From assembly GCA_000708835.1 (NCBI GenBank), contig DF237426.1, forward strand, positions 26,121 through 73,599: DNA of 47,479 nt, read 5' to 3'. Under the pieces are notes generated by a model. It made no database searches, was not told the origin of the DNA, and saw only the letters and a list, made by a program, of their open reading frames with translations. Made by a program: the position numbers and the translations under genes. Positions 23,901 through 35,049 of this stretch are shown one piece after another. This DNA comes from Klebsormidium nitens (lineage: Eukaryota; Plantae; Klebsormidiophyceae). Numbering within the stretch: the first letter of the stretch is position 1; each line of letters opens with the position of its first letter.

Positions 23901-25193
23901 AGCTTTCTCGCTCAGCCGCTCCTGGATTGCCTGGACTGTGTTTATGCTTATGTGGTCCACCGCAAAGATGTTGGACGATTGAGATCCTTGCTCTTGCCAG
24001 CATTGTCCAGGTGGTTCCATAATCCTTTTTCGCAAGCAACAATCCTTTTCACACAAACGCCCACCATTGAACCTTGTCGCCATGCGCCTCGGAAATAACA
24101 ATATAAACCAATCGGAGACAGTTTGTGAGAAGGCCACAAACCTCAAGCTTCCCCCTCAGCTCGTCATTTTCCTCTGCCCGCTGCCCCGTCGTCTCTGCAG
24201 CATCCTCCACCTGTCGAAGGAGCTCGGATGCGCGCGCATAGAACTCTTCCGCTGAGTCTGGTTCTTCCACCTGTGGAGATGCTTGCCGTGTCAGTCTCAT
24301 TGTAGGCCCTGCAGCTCTACATAGCTTCCAAACTTTGAAAAACCGAGAGGCAAGAAAAAAGGGAATGCTGCATTTAAGTTCTCCCTTGTCTGCTTTGAAG
24401 GTGATTCGCAATTGGCCTACCCACCTGCTGAGAGAAAAGGCTTGCGGCGTGATGAAAGATCATACCGAGAGATGCTCTGGAGATTGTTTCGGAGATGTTC
24501 TTGCTTTTGATGATATGTTTCTGAGAAGGTGGTGCAAATTCTGGCACATGGGCCACAGAGTGTGATTGTCTCCGGCTCTGGAATGTTATTTCACAATCAT
24601 TGCAAGCCCCAGCTGCACCAACAAGTGGGAGTGGAGAAAAGGAGCGCCGTTAGATTGATTCAGGCCATCCTTTGCCTTTGTCGGTAGCTAGGTCCCACAA
24701 GGCCAATCCATGCAGGCACTTCATCGGAGAGCACAGAAAGGGCTTCCGGACATTTTGACAAACCATCATGGAACTGCGGCAATGAAAAGATTTTGTCCTC
24801 CTGTCAAAATGCAGCTTTGGCTGGGCAGCGGCATTGCAAGCAACATTGACAAAGAAACGCGTGAAAATACCAAGAACTCTATTTTGCAGAAGAAAAGTGG
24901 CGATGATATGCATTTTGAGAAGCTGCAGAGATCTCAGCAGCGCTCACTGTAGTGGCAGAAGCTGCATAACCCCTCACTCCCTGTGCCAACCATCTGTCAC
25001 CAGCTGGCATTTTATGACTTGCAGCACCCACATTCAACTCATTTTTGGAAACATTTCCAGAGTTCCGCCATAACCCCAACTTTTCTTGCTTTACACGCTG
25101 TGCTGGTTCAATTAGAAGTGGCAGGACGCAGCTACAGAAGGCAGCTTGCGCCTGCTGCGGCCTGCACCTGGCAGCGCCACAGATGCGCAGCAT
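20946..25193 (-). CDS. Sel1/HCP-like repeat protein, ~351 aa, probably mitochondrion-targeted, 9 exons
   Basis: Exons (minus): 25193-24948, 24577-24425, 24270-24142, 23250-23135, 22663-22582, 22131-22069, 21645-21535, 21357-21312, 21055-20946 (TGA). All GT-AG and phase-consistent. Repeats: EAAECLEISLGEGRSDPRALFALSQL; ALSLLYHAAKAGSAEAQYELA; LLTEAAAQGHTDAMFLLG; AKQWFKRAADLGHVPAASIYG; AKRYLDFAAGRGEALAADWL. These fit the A..G...A...L Sel1 consensus. The Arg-rich N-terminus is MLRICGAARCRP. The first two exons are less certain than the last seven. Confidence 0.88.
22689..22848. repeat. ~83-90-bp tandem duplication in a Sel1-gene intron
   Basis: 22689-22717 vs 22772-22800 (29 bp, 1 mismatch) and 22743-22758 vs 22833-22848 (CCATGCA.TGCACGTT). 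Confidence 0.85.
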
Positions 25194-25871
25194 CTCTGCG
25201 ATTGGAATTCCTTCTTCAGTAGAGCTTGCTAAACTTTCAGATAGCAAGCCCTGCGCACTCTGGCCTCTTCAAAGCTGATTCATTTTGCTACAGAATCCCT
25301 GCTCAACAACTTGCCAGCCTGCTGGACCAGAGTCCAGAACTTGGCTGAGCCTGCCTGGCCGGGGGCGGAGTAGCTGAGGCTAGTAGCTGGGCGGCCTCCA
25401 CCTGGGTGGGCTAAGCCACGCGCGCATGGGCGGCCGCGAAAGCAGACCGGCCGAGACACATGACGCGGCCGGCGAGGGTTCCAGGTTTTGAATGATACTT
25501 ACCGTACGTCGCTCGGGCGTGCAGATTTTGCTGGCGGTTCAAATGACAAAGGAGTGCAATCATGCAAGGACTCTTGAAAGAGCGAGCCACTCCAGCGGGT
25601 CTGACTTACCGGTAATCCCGACTCGGACTCGAGCTGGTTTCTCTTTTGCGAGGGAGCTGAAGGAGGGATAGGGTATGTAAATGTAGCCGGCGCTAGGTAT
25701 TAATACTTATAAAACTCCTGAAGGCAAGTCCTTTTTGCTCTGAATGGATGACACTTGAAAGCACAGCTGAGGAGGGATCGCTAGCTGTCTAGGGATGCCA
25801 CATCGGCAGAGGTGGCGGAATTGCCTGTTTCTTGCTTGATGAGCTCAAAATCCTGCTGATGCTGTAGCAGC
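25194..25871. promoter_or_regulatory. Divergent (head-to-head) promoter region between the Sel1-repeat and MYCBPAP-like genes
   Basis: The predicted ATGs are ~680 bp apart on opposite strands. There is a GC/CpG-rich patch at ~25330-25480 and TATAAAA at 25708-25714 on plus. Confidence 0.55.
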
Positions 25872-28800
25872 ATGGCGGATCCAACGCTTTTTGCCCTTGC
25901 CCCGGTACAGCTGCCGGCTATTTCCGGGTTGAAAGCGAAGACCAAGAAGGTAATCGTAGTACGGCGCACAACGAGGCCCTCAGAGAATGGAGAGAGCACC
26001 TCTAGTTCTGTCCCCACCTTGCCCATCATCAAGCAGAGGGAGTCGTGGACTGAGAGGGCTTACAGCACTTCGCCAATCAGCGAATGGAGAGATACTGCAG
26101 CTCAGCAAGCTACAAGCAGTAGGACTGAGCTGGGGCAACTGCCTTCTCTTGGGGCGTCTGCTGACCACTTCTTAGTTGCTGATGTCAGCTCGCAGAGATC
26201 TGCAGAGCGTGACGTCAGCCAGGATGCAAACCCCGACGAGTTTGGAGCGCTTATCTTGGCCAACACAGCAAGAATCAAGCAGGAATCCCTCCAGGAGAGC
26301 TCCTCACAGTCAGATGCGGCAGCGCAACTGGCAAACGAAAGCTCAGAGCTGACATCAGGTTCAGACATCCGAGAAGATTACCCGCCAGAGATTGCGGCTG
26401 CGATTCAGGCTTCTGAGGATGGAGGGGCTGCAATCAAAGAGGCGTACGAGCGAAGACGGCAGCATAGGCGGGAGCTTGCCATGCAGGTAAATAGGGAAAC
26501 GCAAACCATTGTACGACCCATTTTTATTGCTATTTAGAAAGCTCTAGGGCCATCCAGGGCAATTTTGGCAGCCAATCAGCCCATTGACTCAGGGGCGAAG
26601 TCGGCCCATAAAGGAAATATCCAAAGAGCGCGGCTAAGGGCCTCAAGTGGCATGAATAGCATATGATGTTCTTGACTGAGCAGTGGTCAAAAGTTTGGAC
26701 TGTCCCAACTTCCGAAACAACTTGACTATTTTTTACCACTCAAGCAGTGTTTGTCTTTAAAGACTGCTATACAAATTTTTCCAACCACCAGCCAAGAATG
26801 TTTGCACTCTGCTGATGGAGCTATCCGAATCAAGAGGAGGAAGGTCTGCGCGGCAGATACTTGGCTGAAAACCCTGTTTCCCTAAGCCGCGGTCTCTGTA
26901 CACACGATCAAGACAAATGGGGTTACTGCGTGAAGGTTCTGAATGCAGCCATGCTCTTTAAGTTTTTGATGCTTCCTCCCATCCTGCAGGCAAGCCTCCT
27001 CCACCAGCAGCAGCAAGAAGAGGAAGAGCATCTGCTGGCGAGTCAAACGATAGTGGCAGGTGCAGAGGCGCGTGCGTTCGGAAAGTGGCAGGAGGCACAG
27101 GACGAATGGGCGAAGGTCAAAAGGAGCGTGATGGCTCAGGTAACAGTATGCACATAAGCTGTGTTGATGCAGCAGAGGCTGCTTCTCGAGGTGATATGCT
27201 CGTTGCTGCCGGATAACTTTGAGTTGTCGCATGCAACAGACTCAACACAAGGGACAGTCTTTCGTTGCTTGCTTCATTTGATGAGATTCTCCCTGCAAAG
27301 GTGGCTCTACATGCAAGAGCATGTGTTCCGCACAGCCTCTGGTTTTTCTGCCCCATCGGGACACTCTTCGGTTCGTTTCTCGCCAAATGTTCAACAAGGT
27401 GTCATAGGCTGGGGGGTGAAAGTTGCTTTCGATTTTACAAGAAGGCAGCTTTTGATTCTACAAGAAGGCACTTTTACAGACAGCATCTTAAGATGTGTTA
27501 AAGGACGACCTGCAATTCACACCACGTAGCCAAGAGCGGGTCCCTTTTTGGATCGTCATCCAGCACCAAATTGCGCAGGCAATATGAACTTCGTTCCCAT
27601 CTCTAAATCGTTTCCCCTCCTGTCTATCTTTTTCAGACGGGCAAACCGGAGTCTGAGCTGGTGATGGAGCGAGGCCCCGAGTTCCGGACCCTGAAGGAGG
27701 CGAAGGACCACCTGGAAGCTGCCAAGCCGACCGAAGAAAAGTTCTCGGGGCCTGCTATGGTAAGCCTATGGCATCTCGGATGGTTCTGACGTAAAGTTGC
27801 GAGGTTCGTGTTTACGTCCGGATGCGGTATGTCCCAACGGTAGTCTCAGTTCTTTTTCAGCAACCTCTAAGGTTCTGCTGTTTGAGAGTCGAGAGGACTC
27901 GCCGGAGCAGGTCAGAGGAAGGGTGTTTTGCCATCTTGGGCTTGCTTTTCTTGGTGAAAACAGAAGCAATCTCTTAGTGTATGTTGAATAGCTGGGCACA
28001 GAGGTCGGTATGGTCCAGACCAAAAGGTGCACACGTATAGTGTTGGCTGTACAACATTATGGCTGCAGGCTGTGGCGGAACTGGCAGTGCCCGAGATTGG
28101 TAGTTGGAGACCACCCCTGAACTGCATGCTTTTCTGAGCAGCTACCGAGTTTCCACGAGACTCGAAAACTGCCGATGGTAGTCAACCTATTTCCATCAGT
28201 GTCCTCGCTTGTTCTGAGCACCGTACCCTGACATGAAAATAGTTCGTCCTTTCAACCCTCATGAACCAATTTAACTCTTGAAGTCCGATTTCTGGCCGTT
28301 CTAAAATCTCAATCTCTTTCCGCCTCACAGTGGGAAATGAGTCTCCGGAATCACTGGACCATCTCGTATCCGGTCGGAAACATATTCGGGCGCGTCTTCG
28401 CGCCGCCCTGCTCAGCCAGACCCAAGGAGCTCGAGCGGATTGGGCGGCCGGAAACGGAAGCGAACGGAACGGAAAAAGGCTTGGGGACCGGAACAAGGTC
28501 GCGGTCCTGGTTGGAATCAGAAACTGTGAAGCAGCGACAACACAAGCTCAGGAAAGAGATGTTGAAACTGCAACCATACGAGCCGGAGATCGACGGCTTG
28601 CAGGTGAGAAGGGGTGGAAATGGACGGCTATAATTGGCTGACAGTGCTAAAGTGTCGATCATCTGGCTAATGTGCAGTTCGTTACGAAGACTTCGGCACT
28701 GTAATATGCATGGCCTCGAGGACAGGGGAAGATGCAAGTTGTTTCTACCTTATTTTTGCTGAATCTGTGTGCGTTGACGCAATATAGTTGCAACATTACA

Positions 28801-31143
28801 GGACAACGATACCGCCTTTCCAGAATGGGATGTTTTCCTGCTACGGTATTAAGCTAGGTAGGAATTACAGTAGTACGGTAAAGAGGGCGGGGCCATATGA
28901 AAATTGACCCCCAACGTAGAGCTTGTGCCACATCAACTTTTCGACAAACTCCTGGTGTTCCCGTTCAGGTCGTCGGCTACAGTATCGAAGCGGGTTTATC
29001 CGCGGCCGCGGCCGCGCCCATCACTCTCAAAGAGGTCGAGAAGGAGCTGGCCGCGAGCGACAACCACGCCTACACGCAGCTGCTCGAGGAGCGCGCGCGC
29101 GCGCCCGCGGCCGCGACGAGCGCGCTCCCGGCCGCGCTCGAAGAAACGCCCGGCCAATCCGGCCCCGCGCTCGAAATGGCCGCCGGGCGGGTGACGCTGT
29201 GCGCGGCCGCGGGAGCGGTCGCGACCGAGGTTTTAGAGGTTTCGAACACGGGATCCACGGTGCTGTTCTACCGGTGGGAGAGGGAGGGCGACGCGGCCGC
29301 GGCGGGGCCGACGGGGAAGAGCGCCGAGGGTTTGGGGAGGTTTTACCAGATGGACATGGAGGGCGCGCTGCGGCCGGGCGAGCGCAAGGGTTTTGCGTTT
29401 TCGTTCCGGAGCCGCGAGCCGGGCACGTGGCTGGACAGCTGGCGGCTGGTGACGGAGCCGAGGGTGACGTCAGCGACGGAGTCGCTGATCCTCAAGGTAC
29501 GAGCAGTCGCGATGCTCAAGTCGTTCACTTTTTCTGCTTTTATGGAGGAAGGGACGGGGGGGCGTTTGCATGTGTTCGATATTTGGAACCGGAAAGATGA
29601 CGGTCACAGGGAGACATTAGCTTCCGGAGACAGACCGTAGTGAAACCATTCACTTTAAGTCCAAGTTCCTCGCGAGGTTTTAAGCCAGGAAAGAGAATAA
29701 AGGGGGAGTGCGGATCGAGTGCGTCCCGTTTTCCGTGACCCGGAATATGCATGTAACTTCCCCCGCCTAGTAATCAGCAAAAGAACGACAATCCTTCAGA
29801 TGAGCGCGTATGCTTATACAATAAGCTGCTTCGGCATATTGAGCAGACGACATCGAGGGCTACATAAATTTACGAAATGAAGCTTATACGGAGAGAATGC
29901 CCTCACGAACTGGGGGCATACCTTGCGAAGCTCTCAGCCTTTTTGGAGAGCCTCTTTGACTGAACTGTTGTCGTTCACCGAGTATTATTTACCCCTACGG
30001 CGGCTTAGCACGCGAAACCCCCTACCTTGTTGGGGAGCAGTCGCTTTTATTTCAAACGCCGCAGCGCTGCAGACGAGGCGGCTCCAGCAACATTGTCGAG
30101 AGCACGAAACGAATACGAGCCGGAGAGAATCGAACCCGTTAAAACGAGGGAGCTTCATAATGACAAATATTTTTCAATCTTCAAACTGATTCAGTCCGAA
30201 ATCTTCTTGCTTACAGGGCATAGCTTTCGAGACCGAGACCCCTTCGCGGGCAGCCTCTCGCTCGGAAGTCGAGGCGGACCTGGCGACGCGCGTGCGCGCG
30301 CGCGCGGTCGAGGAGGCCATTCAAGCGCTCGTCGACGGCGTCCAAACCCCAAACCCGCGCGGGGCGGAGGCGCCGGAAGACCCGGAGGAAGTCGCCCGGG
30401 AGATGGACTTTGTGCGGGCGAATCTGGGAAGCGGGGAGCCCTTATACTTCCGGCCGGACGCCAGAGCGTCTGCGATTTGCGATGCTGTTATTGCTATCGA
30501 AGACAGGGCGTCAGAAGCTGCAGAGGGGCAAACGGAGGAGGGGGCTTCGACGTCGAAACGACGCTGGGACGGCTCGGTTAACAGGCTGAACGAACGGCTA
30601 ACCGCGCTTGGAACCGCGGGTGGAGCGGAGGGGTTAAGGCAGCGGTTTGGGGAGCTTAACGAGAAACTCAAGGTGCCGCCCAACCGACGCGCGCTACTGC
30701 GGCGCGCTGTGTACCTGGCGCTGACGTCAGCGGCCGACACGATCGTGGATGGCGTCGAAACCGCGCGGGAGGGCGACGCGCGCGGCGAGGCGGACGCGGC
30801 CGCGGCCGAGGGGCCCGGCGACGGCGCGCGCGGCGAAAGCGAGGAGGCGGGCGCGGAGCTAGCCGACGCAGAGCTCGACGAGGAGGTTTTGCGCGCGCGC
30901 GCGGAGGCGAAAGAGCGCGCGTTCAGGGAGGAGGCGGTTCGGCAAGCGACGAACCGGGCAGCTGAAGCGTTGGATGGACTTGAGTGGAATTTAGAAATCG
31001 CCGATGCGGCGGTCTGCACGATACTAGACGGAAAGGTACGAGCGCTGCTAGAGAAAACGGAAAGCAGTCAAGCAGATAGAGCGAGTCTCGACTGGGAAGT
31101 CTTTGCTTTGGAAAGGCAAAAGCAAAGGCTGTTGCACGGCTAG
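25872..31143 (+). CDS. MYCBPAP: MYCBP-associated protein (MYCBPAP)-like, flagellar/axonemal family protein, ~871 aa, 6 exons
   Basis: Exons 25872-26486, 26990-27139, 27637-27759, 28331-28603, 28969-29496, 30217-31143; all phase 0 and GT-AG. Family-like motifs: RAFGKWQEAQDEW; GKPESELVMERG; WEMSLR...VGNIF; LQPYEPEIDGLQVVG; the Ig-like ASH-type segment EVSNTGSTVLFYRW...FYQMDMEGALRPGERKGFAFSFRSREPGTWLDSWRLVTEP. A possible extra donor (AAG|GTACGA near 31036) makes the 3' end less certain. Confidence 0.85.
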
Positions 31144-34100
31144 CAAAGGTCGGCAAAGTCGAAGCAGAGGCGTCAATTCAATCTTCGAAGCGTTTGACTT
31201 TCATGTGGTATTCCGATGAAGTGAATCCAAGCGCGAACGTCGAAGCTGGCATTCAGACATATTGCCGGGGCCGGTTGATGAATGCATTAAGACGCCGCAC
31301 TCGTCGGTCGTCTTAAGGTGGCAATCAGAATGCAGCATGATGTAATCTCTGCAGATCTTAACATGCTAGCTTCTGTCTGCGTTATATTTCGGCCGAAGGC
31401 CGCGTCCTTGGACCGTCTAAGCTTGGTTGACGCAATGTGGATCGAGCTCGCAGTCCTTGGATGATGCGGCGCATACATTGGCGCGCTCATGTGATAGAGA
31501 AACGTCTTCATTGCCCTACTGCCGCGCAAGCTTCGTTTACATGTGGGCAGTAGATCTACAGCGGGCATCATCAGATGCATGCTGTAAGGTCATGTGCGGT
31601 TATTATATGAGCTCGATAGCTCGTCCAACCGTTCGGAATTCGCCGACATGCAATAGCTGTACCGACTCAATCTTTCAACGATTGATTCATATTAATGCAT
31701 TGAAACCAGCAAGTGGCATGCACGTGGGAAATCAATAGGATCTCTACTGTACTGAAAAGCTGTTCGGTATGGTCGGCCAGGATAGAAAGTCTGCTTTCAA
31801 TAATCCCGATCGGACATGCATGTATAAACTTGTTGTATGCCAAAGTGCCCTGTACGGTGTTCAGTTTCGCTTCCTGTTGTATGGAACACGCTTCCCATGA
31901 AGAAACCTGATGTACTTGTTGGGAAAAGCCGGACTCTATCGATATCACCTCCTATAAGTCAAATATGCACTAGAAGTCTGCTGAAGTGCAGGCTAGTCTC
32001 AATCTATTGAACTGGTTTGAAGTACGCTGATCTAAAACTGCGAACTTGAATCACACCCCCGGAGCGCCACGATCCTACGGTCACCCGCACGGAAAGCCGC
32101 TTGACGCAGACGGGGAACCAACTAGACGCTGGTCTTCCACCTGCGAAGGCAGAGGAAAGTAGCGTGCGATTTGACTTAACGACCACTGAGATGCCTTTAC
32201 GCTTCGGCTTTGCAGCGGCACTTTCACAAAGTAACATTTACGCCAGTACGCGCATGACCTAGCAAATCCCAGCCTACTAAACATGTCAGAGACAATTTGC
32301 ATTCTGACTTTCAACATCGTCCGCCAGATATTCTGAATAAGACGCAGATCTGCTGTATCAACCTGCTCGAACTTTACAGGAGATCTTTGTTCATCACTAG
32401 TGGCTTCGAATGTTGCGTCTCTAAACAAGCCACTCACTTTGATTTCAACAATGAGCAGCCATCATGACACGCTGACGCTCTGGGGGCCTTAGTGCTGGAG
32501 CGCCCATGTCTTGGGTGTCTAGAGTCCAAGCCCCGCAAAACCAAAGGAGAGCTCTAGGATTACCATGTAGTAAATTGTGCATGACAAGAGTACGAAGATA
32601 ACCTACCACGTTAGCTCAGCTTTGAATCAGATTCGCGGCAACGTCGAAGCTTCGGTCTCGACCGTTCCTCCCAACGATCTCGGATGGCGAGGAATCTGCA
32701 CGAAGGAGAGTGAATCATCCAAAAATAGCATGAAGAAAGGAGGATTATGGGCGCAGCATGAAGGCTCAATCGTAGAAAAGATGGACAAGATTCAAGCGCA
32801 CTCAAAGGGCCCATTCGTGCAGGACTGGAAAGCGAAAGAGTGAACGACCCAGAAGCCGAGCTTGCGGAAAGACTCTGCCTGTCCTTTGCTTCGGAGTGTG
32901 TCGATTCTAACAGCGAAGGTCCTGACAACCTAGCCACAGCGGTACAGGTCTGCTAAATGGTCAGAAACCACGACCCCGTCACTCGATATGACGAACGTTT
33001 AGGGTTGCCGCCAAACGGCAACGAAGAGCCGTAAGTGAAGCTTTTCAAAAACCCTGTGGATACGCCATGACGAAAGCGTTCTCGCAACGAAATGGCGTTC
33101 GCCATCAATCTGAGGTTTTGGAGGTGTCACTCCCGGGTCACATAAATGTCGGAGACCTTGGCTCATACGAAACGAGCACTACCACTGGCTTCTTTACAAA
33201 GACTGTCAGCTTGACGTCGTCATGGCCAGGCTAGAAAGCTTTCAAGCACAAGGTTAAAGGATTTTGCACGTCAGAGGCCATTCTCTTGGATAAAAAAAAG
33301 TACCAAAAGCGCTTAGCAATCCTGTGCATCAATGTACTTGTTAATGCCCAAATACAGTTAGTGACTCATCATTGCCAGCACTTTTAACATTGACCTAGAG
33401 GCACCGTTTGGAGGCCAATGTGACATTGTTATTATGTCGTGGCGCTTAAAACCTATCAAACAGGACTTTCGGGGTCACCTCGTCTCGGTGACGTTGTCCA
33501 CTTTCGCTGCAACAGCCAGCTGGATGCAAGCCGACAGATCAATGGCAGCCTGGTTCAAACACATATCATCACATTTGTAGAGCTAACACATTTTGAGTTT
33601 CGATGAGGCCAGTTCACAAAGACGGGACGGATTGGATCGACTTGGTTTCCTACACTTCTAAGTATCTGGATCCAGCTCTCCCATACTTACCGCCCTGCTT
33701 CCCAGGTTTTGGAGAGGCCAGAGTCATTTTAGCGTCATCGTAAACTCAACGGAAGGCCGGAACGGCTTGAAATCTACATCATTTTGAGGGCGTACTTGAA
33801 CACTTTGGCGCACCCGTCGTGAAGATAGACATTCATAGGCTGTAACGCGTCTAGATTGCGGCTTCTGAATAGAAACTGTGCAACGTTCCCGACTTGTGTA
33901 TTCAAACGAGGTGGGCAGGATCGAGGATTCTTCACGCCGTGTTTCGGGGTCCTTAAAAGCCGAACGTCCTCAATGTCAGCAGAAAGCATCGGGCATCTGA
34001 AGCAAAGGTTGCATGCTTTTTGAACTGCCAGAGAATCGAACTTTCCAGTGCTTCACCCAGAAGGTCCTGCTGTAAAGCGAGCAACGAGATTCTCGTCAGG

Positions 34101-35049
34101 ATCCCTCGTTCGACAAAACCTGCAAGAATATCTTTCTACCTAACGTAGCAAGTCTCTCAAATCGGTAGTATCCTCTGGAGAATGTGCAGAGGCTCCAGCT
34201 GTTTGATCCGCTGCACCCGGTTTCTTCAGTTGGACGGTACGGCACGCGCAAGATAGAGGGCAGCAAACGAAAGCGAAGCCTCTCTTTAAAATAAACGTAC
34301 AATCCAAGGCGGCGCGGGATCAGCACCTCGCAGCCATTTACAGACTGCCTTCAAATGACGTCGAAATTTGCACTTAGTTTTGTTCGTTCTCGATATCCGA
34401 ACCGTCCAGCGCTCCTCGCTTGCTCAAATCTGCTATCGAACCCGTCAACCCAGACGGGCTGCGAAAACCCAAAGATAAAGACTGGCCGATTTGCCGTCCG
34501 GTTCACTTCCTTTCATTGCGTGCACAACTGCCGACGGACTAGGAAAACCCTTGCCAGCAGTTGAGTACCAGCGCCGCCTCTCACTCTCAAATCCAGCCAG
34601 CGGGGAGCAACAGTTTCTTTGCAGACCGTCCTCACGTTGTTCACTGTTTGACAACAGGATACTGCCCAGAAGTTCCGAGGCCTCACTTCTGGCCGGGTAA
34701 AACATAAGCGACGGTACGTCATTCTGGCGCTTTCCATTCAATCATATTATTGAAAGCGGCCATCGGGGGTTTGAAATGCCTACTCTAGCCGGATGTTCCT
34801 CGGCTCAACACGTCCAGCTTGCCTGGCCGGTCTTGAACGTTGGTGACCATGGCGATGCCCAATCATTGCCACTGGATTGAAGTACCGTGTGAATTCCTCT
34901 TCAGAGCTGCTGAATGAGCTTATGCGCATCATTCCGGTACTGCAGAGTTGAGTCGCCTGCCGAAAATGGCGACATGATATATTGTCTCTAGTGCGAGTCA
35001 CGTCTAGTCATGTACTATATGTCGTAAGGTATCAAGAAGGCGCAAGTTC

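Noticed and set aside
30321-31019. 232-aa minus-strand Ser/Ala-rich ORF
   Set aside because: Antisense shadow of the GC-rich last MYCBPAP exon.
33000-33024. hAT-like terminus TAGGGTTGCC with a small hairpin
   Set aside because: No partner inverted terminus or TSD was found nearby.
33774-33989. Receptor-kinase fragment suggested by YLHDGC
   Set aside because: No following HRD/K..N or DFG motifs.
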